This document shows, one piece after another, positions 21,673 to 33,345 of a stretch of 33,345 nt of DNA; the stretch's first letter is position 1, and each line of letters starts with the position of its first letter. Under the pieces are notes generated by a model. That model was given only the letters and a program-made list of their open reading frames with translations, was not told where the DNA came from and made no database searches. This DNA comes from Lenisia limosa (Eukaryota > Protista > Breviatea). The position numbers and the translations under genes were made by a program. The stretch lies in NCBI GenBank assembly GCA_001655205.1, contig LPNZ01002881.1, forward strand, positions 1 through 33,345, given 5' to 3'.

Positions 21673-24587
21673 ATGGGGATTATAGGGAGCAAACAAGCAG
21701 GTCTTTCTGATCGATGGGATGCTGTTCTTCATAAATGGGACCAGGTGAGTGGAAACAACTTCACTTCCCTTGCTCCTCATCTTCTCACATCTCAAGCAAG
21801 ACTACCAGGACAAGAAATGGCTGGAAGTGCTGAGGCTGGTCCTTGAAGGACCCATCCCTGATGCCCAGCGGCCAAGCGCTTGGCTCGCATTCACTGGAGC
21901 TTGGGAAATGCTCAGGTCGCTGGGTGTTGCCATATGCTATTTCTTTTCTTTTTTTACTGGGAAACTCATTATTGCAAATACCTTTTCTAGCTGTTTCTGG
22001 TAGTACCCTGGTATATGAAGTATTTGAATCGTCATTAATATTTTTCCAATGTAAAAGTTTTTGTTGTAATTCAGAAAGGTGCCTCTTTGCTGACATTTTA
22101 GGAAAAACGTTGGGGTATATCGAAATGTCACTGCCTCAGGCAGAGCAGCTCGAGGAGACGGTCACACTCGGAGAGTTGGGGAGGGGGGTATCTATCAATA
22201 ATTTTATCTTCGCGCCCAACAATAAAAGACATTTCGGCCTCGATAAACCCTAGAAATATCCTTGATCGTATCAATTCTTTACACTATGGATTGAAGTCAT
22301 GGGAGATCTTGTTTTATTCTTCTTTATCCATATCTTTGCAACTGACCCTTAAGGTGGTCTGTGAACCTGATGCCAAGCCGCCAGAGGAATGTGCCTGGTT
22401 TCTATCTCTCCAGGGACTCTCACCCACCTTTCACAAAGAGCAATATGAGGTTTGTTGCTACCTTTTATTTCATCATTTTCTCCTTGGGCATTTATAAAAG
22501 GGTGTTTCACTCCGAAGCATTTGCCCTTATCTCAAAATTTTAATTGATTTGCACTCTTCACGTAATCATTGATGGCCTATTTGTATATTGACCCAAAAGG
22601 TTCATCAAGAACCGTTTGTAATGCACCCATCGCCTGTCCCCACCTACACTCCGTCCCTCCACCAGTTCGCTGTCATGCTGCCGTCTGACTCACCTCTTCA
22701 AGTGGGTCGAGAGTTAGTAATTCGAAAACAAAAGAAGAGTGAAATATGGCCAATTTCTCCCCTCTGCGAGGTCTATATTTCATAGAAACAATACTATGAC
22801 GTCTTGGAACATTTTGAAGTGTCTTATAATTTGAACATTAATGATTAATATNNNNNNNNNNNNNNNNNNNNNNNNNNNNNNNNNNNNNNNNNNNNNNNNN
22901 NNNNNNNNNNNNNNNNNNNNNNNNNNNNNNNNNNNNNNNNNNNNNNNNNNNNNNNNNNNNNNNNNNNNNNNNNNNNNNNNNNNNNNNNNNNNNNNNNNNN
23001 NNNNNNNNNNNNNNNNNNNNNNNNNNNNNNNCGAGTATGTTTTGTCTGGTTCACGTAGTATTGTTCCATTACGTTCCATTACATTCTAGGTACCCCACAA
23101 ACCCCACGCCTCCAGCGGATGTCAACTGTGAGTATCCCTGGTATCCCGCCTCCAAGCCCTGTTGCCACTGACGAAGTTGCGGAAGAAGTCCGGGTCACGT
23201 GTCGCAGAATATACCGTGATATTCATAGGACTTTCCCCACATCACCCCTGTTCTGTTCTGGCCCGGGTCAACATAAGCTTCTTCACCTACTCACCGCCTT
23301 TTCAATATTGAACCCAAAGTTGCGATACTGTCAAGGTAGGGTTGCGTTATGGTGGGAAGATGTTGGTTCCTAATTTGTCCTTTGCACCCTCTTCTTTCAT
23401 ACCGTCTTTCTGTTTTGCAAAATATGAAGAGATTTTCCTTATCTTCCTTTATTTGAAACGGTTGAAGATTAACATGCTTGCGACTGTTAAAAATGGCAAA
23501 TCGGGTGTACTAGTGTTTTTTTTAGCACAGCCTAATTTAACCCTAGGACTGAATTTTATCTGTGGGCATCTATTGGTGGCTTTTAATAGTGCCGAAGAGC
23601 CGGTGTTCTGGTTAACTGACGCCGTTGTCCGAAAATGCTGGGGTCTCTTTAGTAATGAGGTGGGGGGGGTGGCTTGTAATAATGTGGTTATGGCTCTTTA
23701 GATGAGATGGGGGTAAGAAGCAGTCTTTATTTCCTTAAGTCTCCTCTCTACGCGGAAATGCTAGAAGCGTTTGAGCAATGTCTCCATGAAGTTCTCCCAA
23801 AGCTTGCCTCGCATTTGGAAAACAATGGTGGGCTTCCTTCTTCCCATTGAGTTTTGTCTTGACATCTTACATCTTATTGTTGTCGAACTACTTGTAACGT
23901 CCTCATTTCTTATGCTATCTCGAGAACTAGGTTCAGTTTTCGTAGTATCATTATACATAATGTTATTAACATGCTCTTCTTGTCACAGTTTAGGGGTTAT
24001 CTCCTTGATGTATGCAGCAAACTATTTGTCTACCCTCTTCTGTCATCAAGTTTGTCCTGTTTTTGTTTTACTTGCCAGAAAGCCGCCCCCCAACACTACT
24101 TGCCCTATTTGTATGTTAACTGTTTAGTCAATAGCCCATGAAGCAACTTCCAGAGTTTGGGACCTTTTCCTCTTGGGAGGCCTTCCAGTATTGATCCGAT
24201 GCCTCCTTGCTTTCCTTGCCAAGTCGAAAGTATGCACTCCCCTTGAGGTGCTGGAAAAGGTCACCCAGTTCTTACAAAAACACTTTAATACACACTCCTT
24301 AGACCGACAACATTCAATTCACCCCTCAGGATACAGTCATGTCCCTATATGATGACAAGATTGTTCGATTCTTGACCACACCGCCACCTGAAGCGCTGCT
24401 TGACTCCTCCCTCATCCAGGTCGCAATGGACTTCAAATTTAGCCCCAAGGTGAACAGGTTTCTGAAACACTACTATTAATTATGCAATAGGTTGCAACGA
24501 TCATAGTTTTCCCCACTCACAATACAGGCTCAAGAAATGCTGCGAAATTTGAATTCGTTATCAAACTGGCCATTAGACCTTGTTTAA
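21673..24587 (+). CDS. TBC-domain Rab GTPase-activating protein
   Basis: MGIIGSKQAG...; LRLVLEGPIPDAQRPSAWLAFTGA (subdomain A); IYRDIHRTFP (Arg finger) and LNPKLRYCQG|LNFICGHLL (Gln finger); FWLTD; LPKLASHL; RVWDLFLLGGLPVLIRCLLA. Stop TAA 24585-24587. One internal N gap. Confidence 0.93.
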
Positions 24588-24724
24588 TTTATTTTGTATA
24601 GGGCACTATGTTTCTTCTAGTTTTTTCTGATATAGTATACTATATCAAATATATTTTCTTCATATTTATCCAGAACGGACTTGTTAAACCCAATAAATAC
24701 ATCATCAATAAATACCTCAATGAA

Positions 24725-26223
24725 TTAATCGCTCCATTCGTCATCATCAACTCCCTCAACCTGAGTGGGGTAAAATGGGATTGTTCACATAATAAAAAAA
24801 ACAACTTTTTTTAAAAAAATCAGCCATCAAAAAAGTCAACAATACGTAAGCATCTGTGGATGATCGCTGACAGAAAACGCAACCCATTGAAAAACAATTT
24901 TGAACACTCTTCCAACCAACCATATCCTGCTGGAGGGGAAGGTCCTCATCATCCCTCTTCTTGGCAGCCATTCCAGACATCTGATCTAAAACTGCTCCTC
25001 CACCTAGGCAGTAAACGTGGGTTGTTAACATTTGACTAAGTCTTAAATGGTGTCACAATTGAATATCTCGATAAGCCCTCCATAAATATCACTATTGACC
25101 TGCTATGTGCGAAACCTTAAAGTTGACCCCGCACCCCACCCCCTCCCACTGTAGTTCGAAAAAAGCTTGCCATCGTTTCGGGCAATGTTGAACATCAAAA
25201 GAGTATCCCCAAGGGTCCTGGAGTGTCATGTACCGCCAAGATTAGAAAAGGATGAAGCAACAAGACGAAAGTACCCTTTACCTGAATCTAACTTTGTCAT
25301 CGGGGTGAAGGTCTAGGTCTTTGCCTTGAGCCACTGTGCACCAAAACTGAGCCATCAATCAAACGGCATGGGAAAATACATACTTGTTTGTAACAAATCT
25401 CATTGTTATTAATCAAGGGAAGAAACAATAATCCCCAACCCCACCTCTAGAATTCCATCCTTGACGGAAACGGCCTTGTTACGCGCTGACATCACCTTGG
25501 AATGTCAACCACCATCAAATCGAGGAATTTTATAAAATCTGAAGAACAGAACCAAGTTACACCACTATTGCTGAAAACTCCAATAATAAGAACTAATGAA
25601 TGCTATGTGTCCAGCCAACCTTAGCCGGTATGACCTTCTTCAGGGCCTCTTCCACATCGGAAGGAAGACGGGCATTGGCATCTTCACCCTTGCTGCGGTC
25701 CACCGAGAGGTACCCCTGGTGGGTAAAAGGCCAAAAAGAACGGTGGAGGGGTAAAGAAACGATTAATGGTTGTTTACCTTGACTTGAGTGGCACCATAGT
25801 TGGCAGAAGCCTTAGGTTCAACCTCAACCCCACCTGACTCGTTAGAAGAAAATATAATTACTTTGGTACTCAGTAATAATGACGTAGCTTGGTGTGACTT
25901 CCACTCACGTCTGTCAACAACCCTCTTATGAATGGTGTCACAGTCAACAACAAGCGCAATGTAACGAAGAACATCAGTCTTAGTTGTCACCGAGTGGGGA
26001 CGGATTGACACTACTTTGCCGGCAATAACAAACCCCATTTCACCTTGCTTACCTGCAGTGTAACGAAAATAATTATAACGAGAATTGTTAAGTTGGGGAT
26101 ACACATTCAAAGGGGGAAAGAAGTTGATGAAACCCTACTCCATTCTTCAGCGTTGAAATCATTATGCCAATCAAGATGGCTGGCGGGGATTGATGTTTGG
26201 GCCTTGCTGGTATGGATGGACAT
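24725..26223 (-). CDS. ARPIN: Arpin (Arp2/3 complex inhibitor) orthologue
   Basis: Spliced MSIHTSK...GEMGFVIAGKVVSIRPHSVTTKTDVLRYIALVVDCDTIHKRVVDRRGVEVEPKASANYGATQVKGYL...FWCTVAQGKDLDLHPDDKVRFRTLGD...VEGVDDDEWSD*. This aligns, from memory, with human ARPIN (GVLLEGELIDVSRHSI; RYYVL...IHRRKFDAKGNEIEP; FWM...VRLKTRGD; GAEDEEWDD). Confidence 0.9.
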
Positions 26224-26562
26224 CGTTAAACAAAATTTAAGGAATACCGCAACTCTTCTCAGTTCTGCTCAAGTTTTGCTGAAGTTCACAAATAAAACTG
26301 GTCGGGAAAAAACAGGGAAAACCTGAAAAACGCGCTAAAATTGAAATCTCAACAGCCGCCGTACCGCACTGTTTCAACAAACTTTGCACCATCCATCAGC
26401 CAGCCACTTTTTATTTTTTCTCACCTTTTCACAGAACTATAAAAAAAAACTTGACTTTCAACAGTGTCTTTACATGGCTACATGGCTACGTATTATAGAG
26501 TATAGTAAAAAAAAATATCAAAACGACTCAATAATCAATACAGTGGGATTATTCTAAATCCA
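26224..26562. promoter_or_regulatory. Short head-to-head intergenic region, candidate bidirectional promoter
   Basis: Only 339 nt separate the divergent start codons of Arpin (26223) and the WD40 gene (26563). AT-rich. No specific element identified. Confidence 0.4.
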
Positions 26563-28546
26563 ATGAGTATAATACCGTCTCCATTCGCAATTCTAACGTG
26601 CTTCAATGCCGAGGTAGGTGGTGGCTTATTATTCAAAGAGACGAAATATATTAGTTAAATTTACACTCCTCCTAGATCGTGTCCCTCTTATGGCTCCCTC
26701 AAGGTACTCCCCATAATCCAGCAGAAGACAAAAGAAGCACAGGTTTGGTTAGTTACTGAAAAATACTATCTGTTGCAGACTGTTCAATTTCGCAACCATT
26801 TTTACTTTGTGTTTCGTTGGATTTTTATTTCTACCCAGTTCGAATACAACGAGTAGGTCGCTTTCAAACACATAGCAGTCAATGTGTCTACCTCATATTC
26901 TTATTTACTTCAGTTGCTGATGGTCAAATAGAAGAAGCCTTGAGCGTATCACAAGGCGCCATTAATGAAACATCCAACAACGATCTCGCCTTTCTCTCTT
27001 CATGTTTGTCTGACTCGAAAAACCCTCCCCATTTAGTAAGCTCAATTTTTTTTTTTTTTTCATGGGATTATATTTTTTCCAAACCTACCATAAACTTACC
27101 TATTTTTGGCGACTGGAGGATCAGATGGATCCATTTCCATTTGGAGTCTAATGCTGAGGCGTCCAATTGTGACCTGGAATGGCCACAAAGAAAGGTGAGT
27201 TCCCCCATGTAATCGTGTTATTTTTTTCACCACCTAGAACAATTGGTCTCTTTATTGACAAAAAAACAAAGCGCTTTTTTACGTAAGATTTAGACAAATT
27301 GCCTTAATTCAGATTCTGACCCCCTTTGAAGGTCAGATCGTACAGGGCATATTTGCGAATGGAAACTCCCACCGTTAGCGCTATCTTCACATTACCCACT
27401 TGATACACAACCAATACTTGTTAATGAAGTTCGAGCCCAAGTCACAACGTTCACGGCTCCCGCGTTCTACTCAACAAAGTTAGTGCTGAAGGGTATTTAT
27501 TTTTTACTGAGAGTGTCGTTCCTCGGGCCTATCAATGATACTGACCATATGTGACGTTTTAGAGACAGGTGTCCGACAATTTTGGCTGCTTTACCAGACC
27601 AAGAGGGGTCAAATGTAAAGAAGGTGGATTCAGTCCCTAATCTTTTTAGATTGTAGTATTTAATATGGACACTGGGCAGCCTGTTTCATGCCTTTATTCA
27701 CAATACAATGATTATGGTTGGTTTACTTTTTTCACTCAGTGTTTCAGGAATGGTCATGTCAATACAGTTCACCACTGTCGGCTCTAATGTTCGACTACTG
27801 GCAGTGTATGAGTCAGGGGCGGTGCGAATGTTTGACCTTGCATCTACTGCAGATATTCAAACCATCCAGGCTATGCCAGATCATGGTTGGTGTAAAACTA
27901 CTTGCGTATATTCCAATTTGCATGTTGTGAACTTGTTCATGTACCAGGACTGTGTTTGGCGTTGCAGGATTCAGTTCTTGCTGTTGGTGGTAATGACTCA
28001 ACAATTGCCTTTTTAAAGATTAACAAAGCAGGGGTATGGCGGTTTTGTCTCACAGTAGTCTTTGAAAGTTTGTAGTCGAACAGCAATCAGGCGAGATGGT
28101 TCATCACAGTTGGCACTCCGACCAGTTGATTGTAAATTTGTTGCTGTTGCAGCGTGGGATTCACGGTACGCCGGACTGAATTGTTCCTTATGTTGCTGAT
28201 ATCAAAATCTTTTTAGAGTATTTGAACTTGAGTTTTTCACTAGTCATATTACATACATGTACTATATTGCTGAACAAATTGTCACAATTATCTATTACTA
28301 GATTACGTATCATTGAAGTTCGGACCGGAAAGGAAGTTGCCACATTGGTCGGCCATAAGGACGCTGTTACTGCCTCCGCCTGGTCTTCTCAACCAGTACG
28401 CTTCCGGGCTTTTCTTTTAGCCAGGACACCGAGGCCTTCTAACCCTTAAGTATCACCTGTTGGCATCTGCCGGGAGGGACAATCGACTGCTTCTTTGGAA
28501 TATCTGCAATGAAGGAAGCTTTGCACCAAAGCCCAAATGTACTTAA
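26563..28546 (+). CDS. WD40-repeat protein, GNB1L/ASA1-like
   Basis: MSIIPSPFAILTCFNAEIVSLLWL; LATGGSDGSISIWSLMLRRPIVTWNGH; GMVMSIQF...LLAVYESGAVRMFDL; AVAAWDSR|LRIIEVRTGKEVATLVGHKDAV; LLASAGRDNRLLLWNI. This follows the GNB1L pattern (PxPxFVLR; IWSLxxRR; GMPM...AGYEDG; ATAGWDxRIR). Stop 28544-28546. Confidence 0.8.
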
Positions 28547-28683
28547 TGTGAATTTGAGTTAAACCCAGAGAAAATTAATCGAACATCAAGAAAAAGAACA
28601 TTTAACAAGAAACATAATACCAAAAGAAACAAAGAAAAATAAAAAAATAAAATAAAAAAAACAAAAGCAAAAACTAAACCCTA

Positions 28684-31600
28684 TCAAAACTCTTCATCAT
28701 CGCGGAATAGGTCTGCGATCCAGGAACCTGCTCTGTCAACTTCTTGCTTCGCCCTTGGCACCTGTGGGAATGAATAATATACAATTCGAAACAGACATTG
28801 GAAATAAATGAGGGGGAGCTACAATTATAACTTGGCCAACTGCAGCGAATATATTGAGGAAGCCGTGCGGGAGTTGGTCAGCCATGTGCACTCGGACTGT
28901 TCGCTGCTGCAAACGCTCCAAGCGCCTGAATTGTTAGCATGCGAAGGGTAAGTAGCAAATGATAAAGTCAGGAGTATTCCTGTACACTCACATGCGAATA
29001 TAAATCCCTCACTTTGCGAATCGAACACCATCGTCAACTAAGGGATCATACATGGCACACAGGACTCGGGTTTTGGGGAAATGTGACAGGACAGTGTCAC
29101 TACAGAAGAAAGGCGAGAGAAGAGGATCAGAGTAATCTTGGCCCTGCGGGGTGCGTAAAGGATTAAAAGCATTAACGTTGCTAAAAGAAGCATGGTATCC
29201 CTTACATCTTCCATGTACGCAGACATGCACAAGTTCAAGAAGGGGTAATTCACAATGATATCACGAGAATTAATGATTCGTCCTGCTGAAACGTGTTTTG
29301 AAAGGGCCAAGGCTGGGTACACTAGAAGTAAAGCATCAGGCTTTTGGACGTTGTTTTCAATACACTAAAAAGTCAAAAACAATTATAGTACTTAGCCACA
29401 CTGACCTGTAGGCATAATGAAGCCACTAAATTACCACCAGCAGAATCTCCAACAGCAACCACTTTATGAATCTTGACTGGGAAACTGGGTGAACTAAAAA
29501 GATGAAGGTAATATCATTGAACTCAAAAACTGTCAAGTATAATAAACGCAAAAAATAATTCAAAATACCGAAGTAGCTTGAAAACTCTGAAGATTTCGAG
29601 GGGCTGAGTGGGGAAGGTTTTTTCCGGGGCCATCTGAGTGAGTGTTAAAACCATCACCATCTGGCTATGATCTTTCAAAGTCTCACTATTATTATGAGTC
29701 TGAAAAAAAAGAAGATAAAATACTTATGTAACTACCTGTCCTCACCTGATACTCCACTGAAATGAGAATAGCGTTGCTGTTTTGTTTAGTCCATCTTCTC
29801 AGGTAGCACTGGCCAATTAATATTGGAAACAAAAAAACAAAACAAAATTACTAGTCAGTAAATGGAGAGGGTGTCTGATGGAAACTTTGGACAAGACAAG
29901 AGGGGATGAGAATAACCACTCCTCCACAGACCTGATGGGAGTCAACACTCATTGAAAGGAACCCTCCACCATGAACGTGGAAGATGATGTCCACTCCATC
30001 ATCATCATCATCATCGGCTAAAAGGTCACCTAAGAAGGAGGACGCACCTTTTGAAAGTGTTTCTTCGGAGGGGCTTATTGGGTCCACTAATGATAGCGAC
30101 CTGATGGGTAAGCTACATCAAGATGAAGCTGTTAATATAAGCAGAGTTGTACGTAACATAGAGAACATCTCGCAATCTGAGAGCAACTGGAAATCCCTTC
30201 AACCTTGCACTTTGAAGAGTTGAAGAGGTTGCTCGCCTTGCACATCCTAGTCAGTAAATACTCGTTCATAATAATAATATCATCCGAGTTAGTTAACATC
30301 ATTGTTAATGCCCATACTGTCAGTGAATGGAGGAGGCATTTCGAGCCCGTCGTGGCTTGTCAGTTTCTTGAAGAACTCATGCAACGCCTTGAGTCATGAA
30401 AGAAAAACGGGAGTGTACAACTACCTTTGGTATTTTGTGTCGAGACATAACTCGAATCTTGGTCTCGCAACCTTGGAGGGTAAGCACAGCAAAATTCTGT
30501 TTGAGTTTCCCTCAAAACAAACCAAAAAGGGGGTGATCTTGGGGAACATCAGCAGGTGGGAAGGAAAATTCAACATTGGATTCTGAAACAATTACAGCGG
30601 CTCAATTGCTGGGAAATTGGATTTCATATGGGGTAGAAGAACTCCAAAATTATTGGACCCTACCCAAAGAAGGCATGAAGAGAGGGTTCAAGGGAGAGAA
30701 TGTTTTGATCATTTTGTTGTCAGGAAGATTCCATAAGTACTGAGCGTAGCCCATTGGCATTTCACTGCTGATTTCCTCAAGCTAATTTTGTTATTTGGGG
30801 TTACCATAGCAGTCTCTTACTTTTTTCTTCGTTGCTTTTGGGCGCACAAAAGCTTTGACAGCGCCTGCCATACTCTGAAAAGTTCATATCAGAATGGCGT
30901 TATTTTTGCTTATCTTCGTTCACACAATCGTCCTCCATACCTTGATCAATTTAATTGGCCCGGGCTCCATGTCCCAAGTATCGTAAGTGGCTGCGGAGAC
31001 AACTTCAATTTGCCGGCGGAACATTCGCAGACCCAAGCCTGACTGTGCAATATGACATTAGACAGGTGGAATGGTTACAAATATATTTTTTCTGAACAAA
31101 GCTCTAAAGATGATATCAGAAGAAAGTCAAAGACTTATTCACCTAATTACAACTCACCTGCTTATACCAGTATGGCTGAAGGTTCATTGTTGCAATGAGA
31201 GACTCGGTCATTCCAGAGAGTTCTTCAGAGGGGATACAAGGGTCCCACGGGGGGCTGCAGATAGAGAGGAGGGCAATTTCATTGAACATTTCACAACGTT
31301 TCAAGTACGTCTACATAAGTAAGCTGAAAATGGCATCAATAGTGGTAAAATATGTATATTATTACTCAAAGACTATCGCATCATGCCCAAACTTTAAGCT
31401 TCGTGTTGACTCGGCGTGATGGAGTGTCATAATGTAGCCGATTGGTCTTTGTGGAGTATGAGAAGTTTCTCTTAATGTACTTCAGAATCTTGTTCATAAG
31501 CTTATCGACAAGGAAAATAATAGTGGCCCATCCGCCTTCTGCCGGTGGTGCTGCCATCATCACGTGGTCTGCTAGGTTTGGACACATCTAAAATTGTGAA

Positions 31601-33345
31601 GAAGGTACACTATTAACAGGTGTCCTGCAAACCTTTTCGATATTGAAGGTTGGTGGTATAATTTTGTAGTGCTCAAGTACTTTATTGACTGAAGCCATAC
31701 CACGTTCAGTAAAAGACACTTCAAACCTGAAGTGTAACTAATAATCTGGCTTCACTTCAAATACTGGATTATCCAGAGTATTTTGATCAAGGAAGTTATC
31801 ATTTGTCCCATTTTTAAAAGGTTCTCCACGACCTACTCTTCTTCAGATTCACTGTCGTCAGATTCCACAACGACTACATCAGGAATCTTGAAGGTTAGGG
31901 AGAAAAAATATATCATATACTATGCATGTAGTATAGTATATGATTGATATATAGTATAATATGTATGTAATATGTAGATGTATGTATATCTAGAAGAAAT
32001 ACTGTTCTGAGGCCTACATCTAGATTATCCATGTTCTTCAGTGTTTCTTCACAGGCTTTACGGAGATAAATGGGGGCATTTGTACCATCTTCTTTTTCCT
32101 CTTCCTCAACTGTTGAATCAGGACTTTGCTTTTGAGAGAAAAGCCCGTCATATTGGACTTGTACTATTTGGGCATTGTCTGATGATGGTGGTTTCTCTGT
32201 ACACTTCAAGGTATGGTTCTTGTCATCTGTATGGTTTTTGTTAAGCTGAATAGAAACAGTCCTGCAAAAATATACAACCTACCAGAAACAACACACGTTG
32301 TTGACTCCTGGTACTGGATCGGTTCAGAGTACTCCATTGCGGGAGTGGCTTCCTCATCCGAGTCACTGATGTCGGGAGTTCTACGATGGTAACATAAACC
32401 GAATCACCAAAACTGAATTTTTTTACTTACTTCAGCAAAATAGACTCCTGCCTGGACACTGCACTGGGAGCAATAATGGGATGGCCTTCAACTGAGTGGT
32501 CATATGAAAACTTACAAAGAAGGGACATACGGAGAAACGCGAAAAAAAAATAATAACTCTATTTATTTGAAGCCTATAGTGTAGTGTGACTGTTTCCCTT
32601 GCGTCCATCTCGAAAGATATTCACCTGAGTAGCCTACCCTTATAATACGACGGAAACGACAAAGAACAACCAGCTTTCCGAGCTTCATCGTCCTCTTCAA
32701 GATCCAACCACAACTGAAGAATGCGTGATAGCTGCTCAAGGTTCTGCTGAAGGTTGTGGCTGACACTGGCCGCCTGAACTGTGAAAAACGCTACATGTTT
32801 GTGCTACCAACTTGAGCCTTGATGTCCAGAGAAATTCTCGGCTTAAGCCTTGGTATCCAAGAGAGGGACGTGAGTCCGCCTGAAGCTGGCGATGCAGGCG
32901 GCAAAGATACCGACTAAATTATTGTTAGTCTTGTTTTGCTGACAACCAAAAGAGAAGAAGCAATGCGCGTCTTTTTTATCATATGTATTAAATAAAACCA
33001 GTGATGGCAATAAATTAAATATCAAAGAAAAAGATACAAGATTACTTAGAGATGTCGATGAAAAAACGGGAATACCCCCCCCCCCCCGCAATACCCTTGT
33101 GTGCTCAGTGGGAACCGATTTGGGGCGTGTGTCAGGTGATCTATAAAGGTCACCACAAATACTCAGGGGAATTGAATCAGTAATTTCAGTGATTCACTGA
33201 GTAAACCTTGAGAAGTTGTTGACTTGTGTGGGGAGGGGGGTGAGAAAGGAAGTTTGTTAAGAAATCAACACCAACCTGGGGCAATTCTCATCATCAGACT
33301 GGGAACCGCGGTCACTGTCTGTTTCGGATTCACTGCCGTCCGTGT
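28684..33345 (-). CDS. Hormone-sensitive lipase-like protein (HSL_N plus abhydrolase_3) with long N-terminal extension; 5' end beyond the window
   Basis: FHVHGGGF (approx. 29955-29980); VEYQ|MAPEKTFP; VGDSAGGNL (GDSAG 29436-29450); DPLLSP and YDPLVDD; LPHGF. Ends ...FRDDEEF* (TGA 28684-28686). HSL_N-like segments PAEGGWATII and YAQYLWNLPD. Exons upstream of ~32300 are assigned to this gene with less certainty. Confidence 0.85.

Larger units (their letters stand above)
1118..23031. other. Six assembly gaps: 1118-1191, 2115-2180, 10839-10894, 12322-12372, 21242-21324, 22852-23031
   Basis: Runs of N. Four lie at or within ~15 nt of G homopolymers and one follows a T homopolymer. Confidence 0.99.

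Noticed and set aside
1213-26223. Two actin regulators (fimbrin-like, Arpin) in one window as a functional cluster
   Set aside because: They are 22 kb apart with unrelated genes between, and cytoskeletal genes are common in amoeboid genomes.
1-33345. Mobile elements, CRISPR arrays, rRNA or prokaryotic operons
   Set aside because: No transposase, RT or integrase motifs, terminal repeats, spacer arrays or rRNA-like sequence were seen. All repeats found are coding or low-complexity.

Overview
Eukaryotic, intron-dense genomic DNA. Short GT-AG introns split every gene, so the supplied ORF track shows only exon fragments or antisense shadows. Gene models here were spliced by hand and exon boundaries are approximate. 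Arpin plus this intron style suggests an amoebozoan-like protist (inference). Gene order: (+) protein ending in a single fimbrin-type CH-CH actin-binding domain; (-) very large, mostly low-complexity E/K/S/P-rich protein with a degenerate SP-RING (zf-MIZ)-like motif near its N-terminus; (+) small acidic hypothetical gene; (-) unresolved multi-exon hypothetical gene; (+) ~8 kb gene for a type I membrane protein combining signal peptide, unknown domain, heparinase II/III-like polysaccharide lyase module, furin-like Cys repeats and TM helix (most notable finding); (+) TBC Rab-GAP; (-) Arpin; (+) GNB1L/ASA1-like WD40 protein; (-) hormone-sensitive-lipase-like gene running off the window end. Six N gaps are present. 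I found no supportable RNA genes, CRISPR arrays or mobile elements. Family assignments rest on motif recognition from memory, not on database searches.
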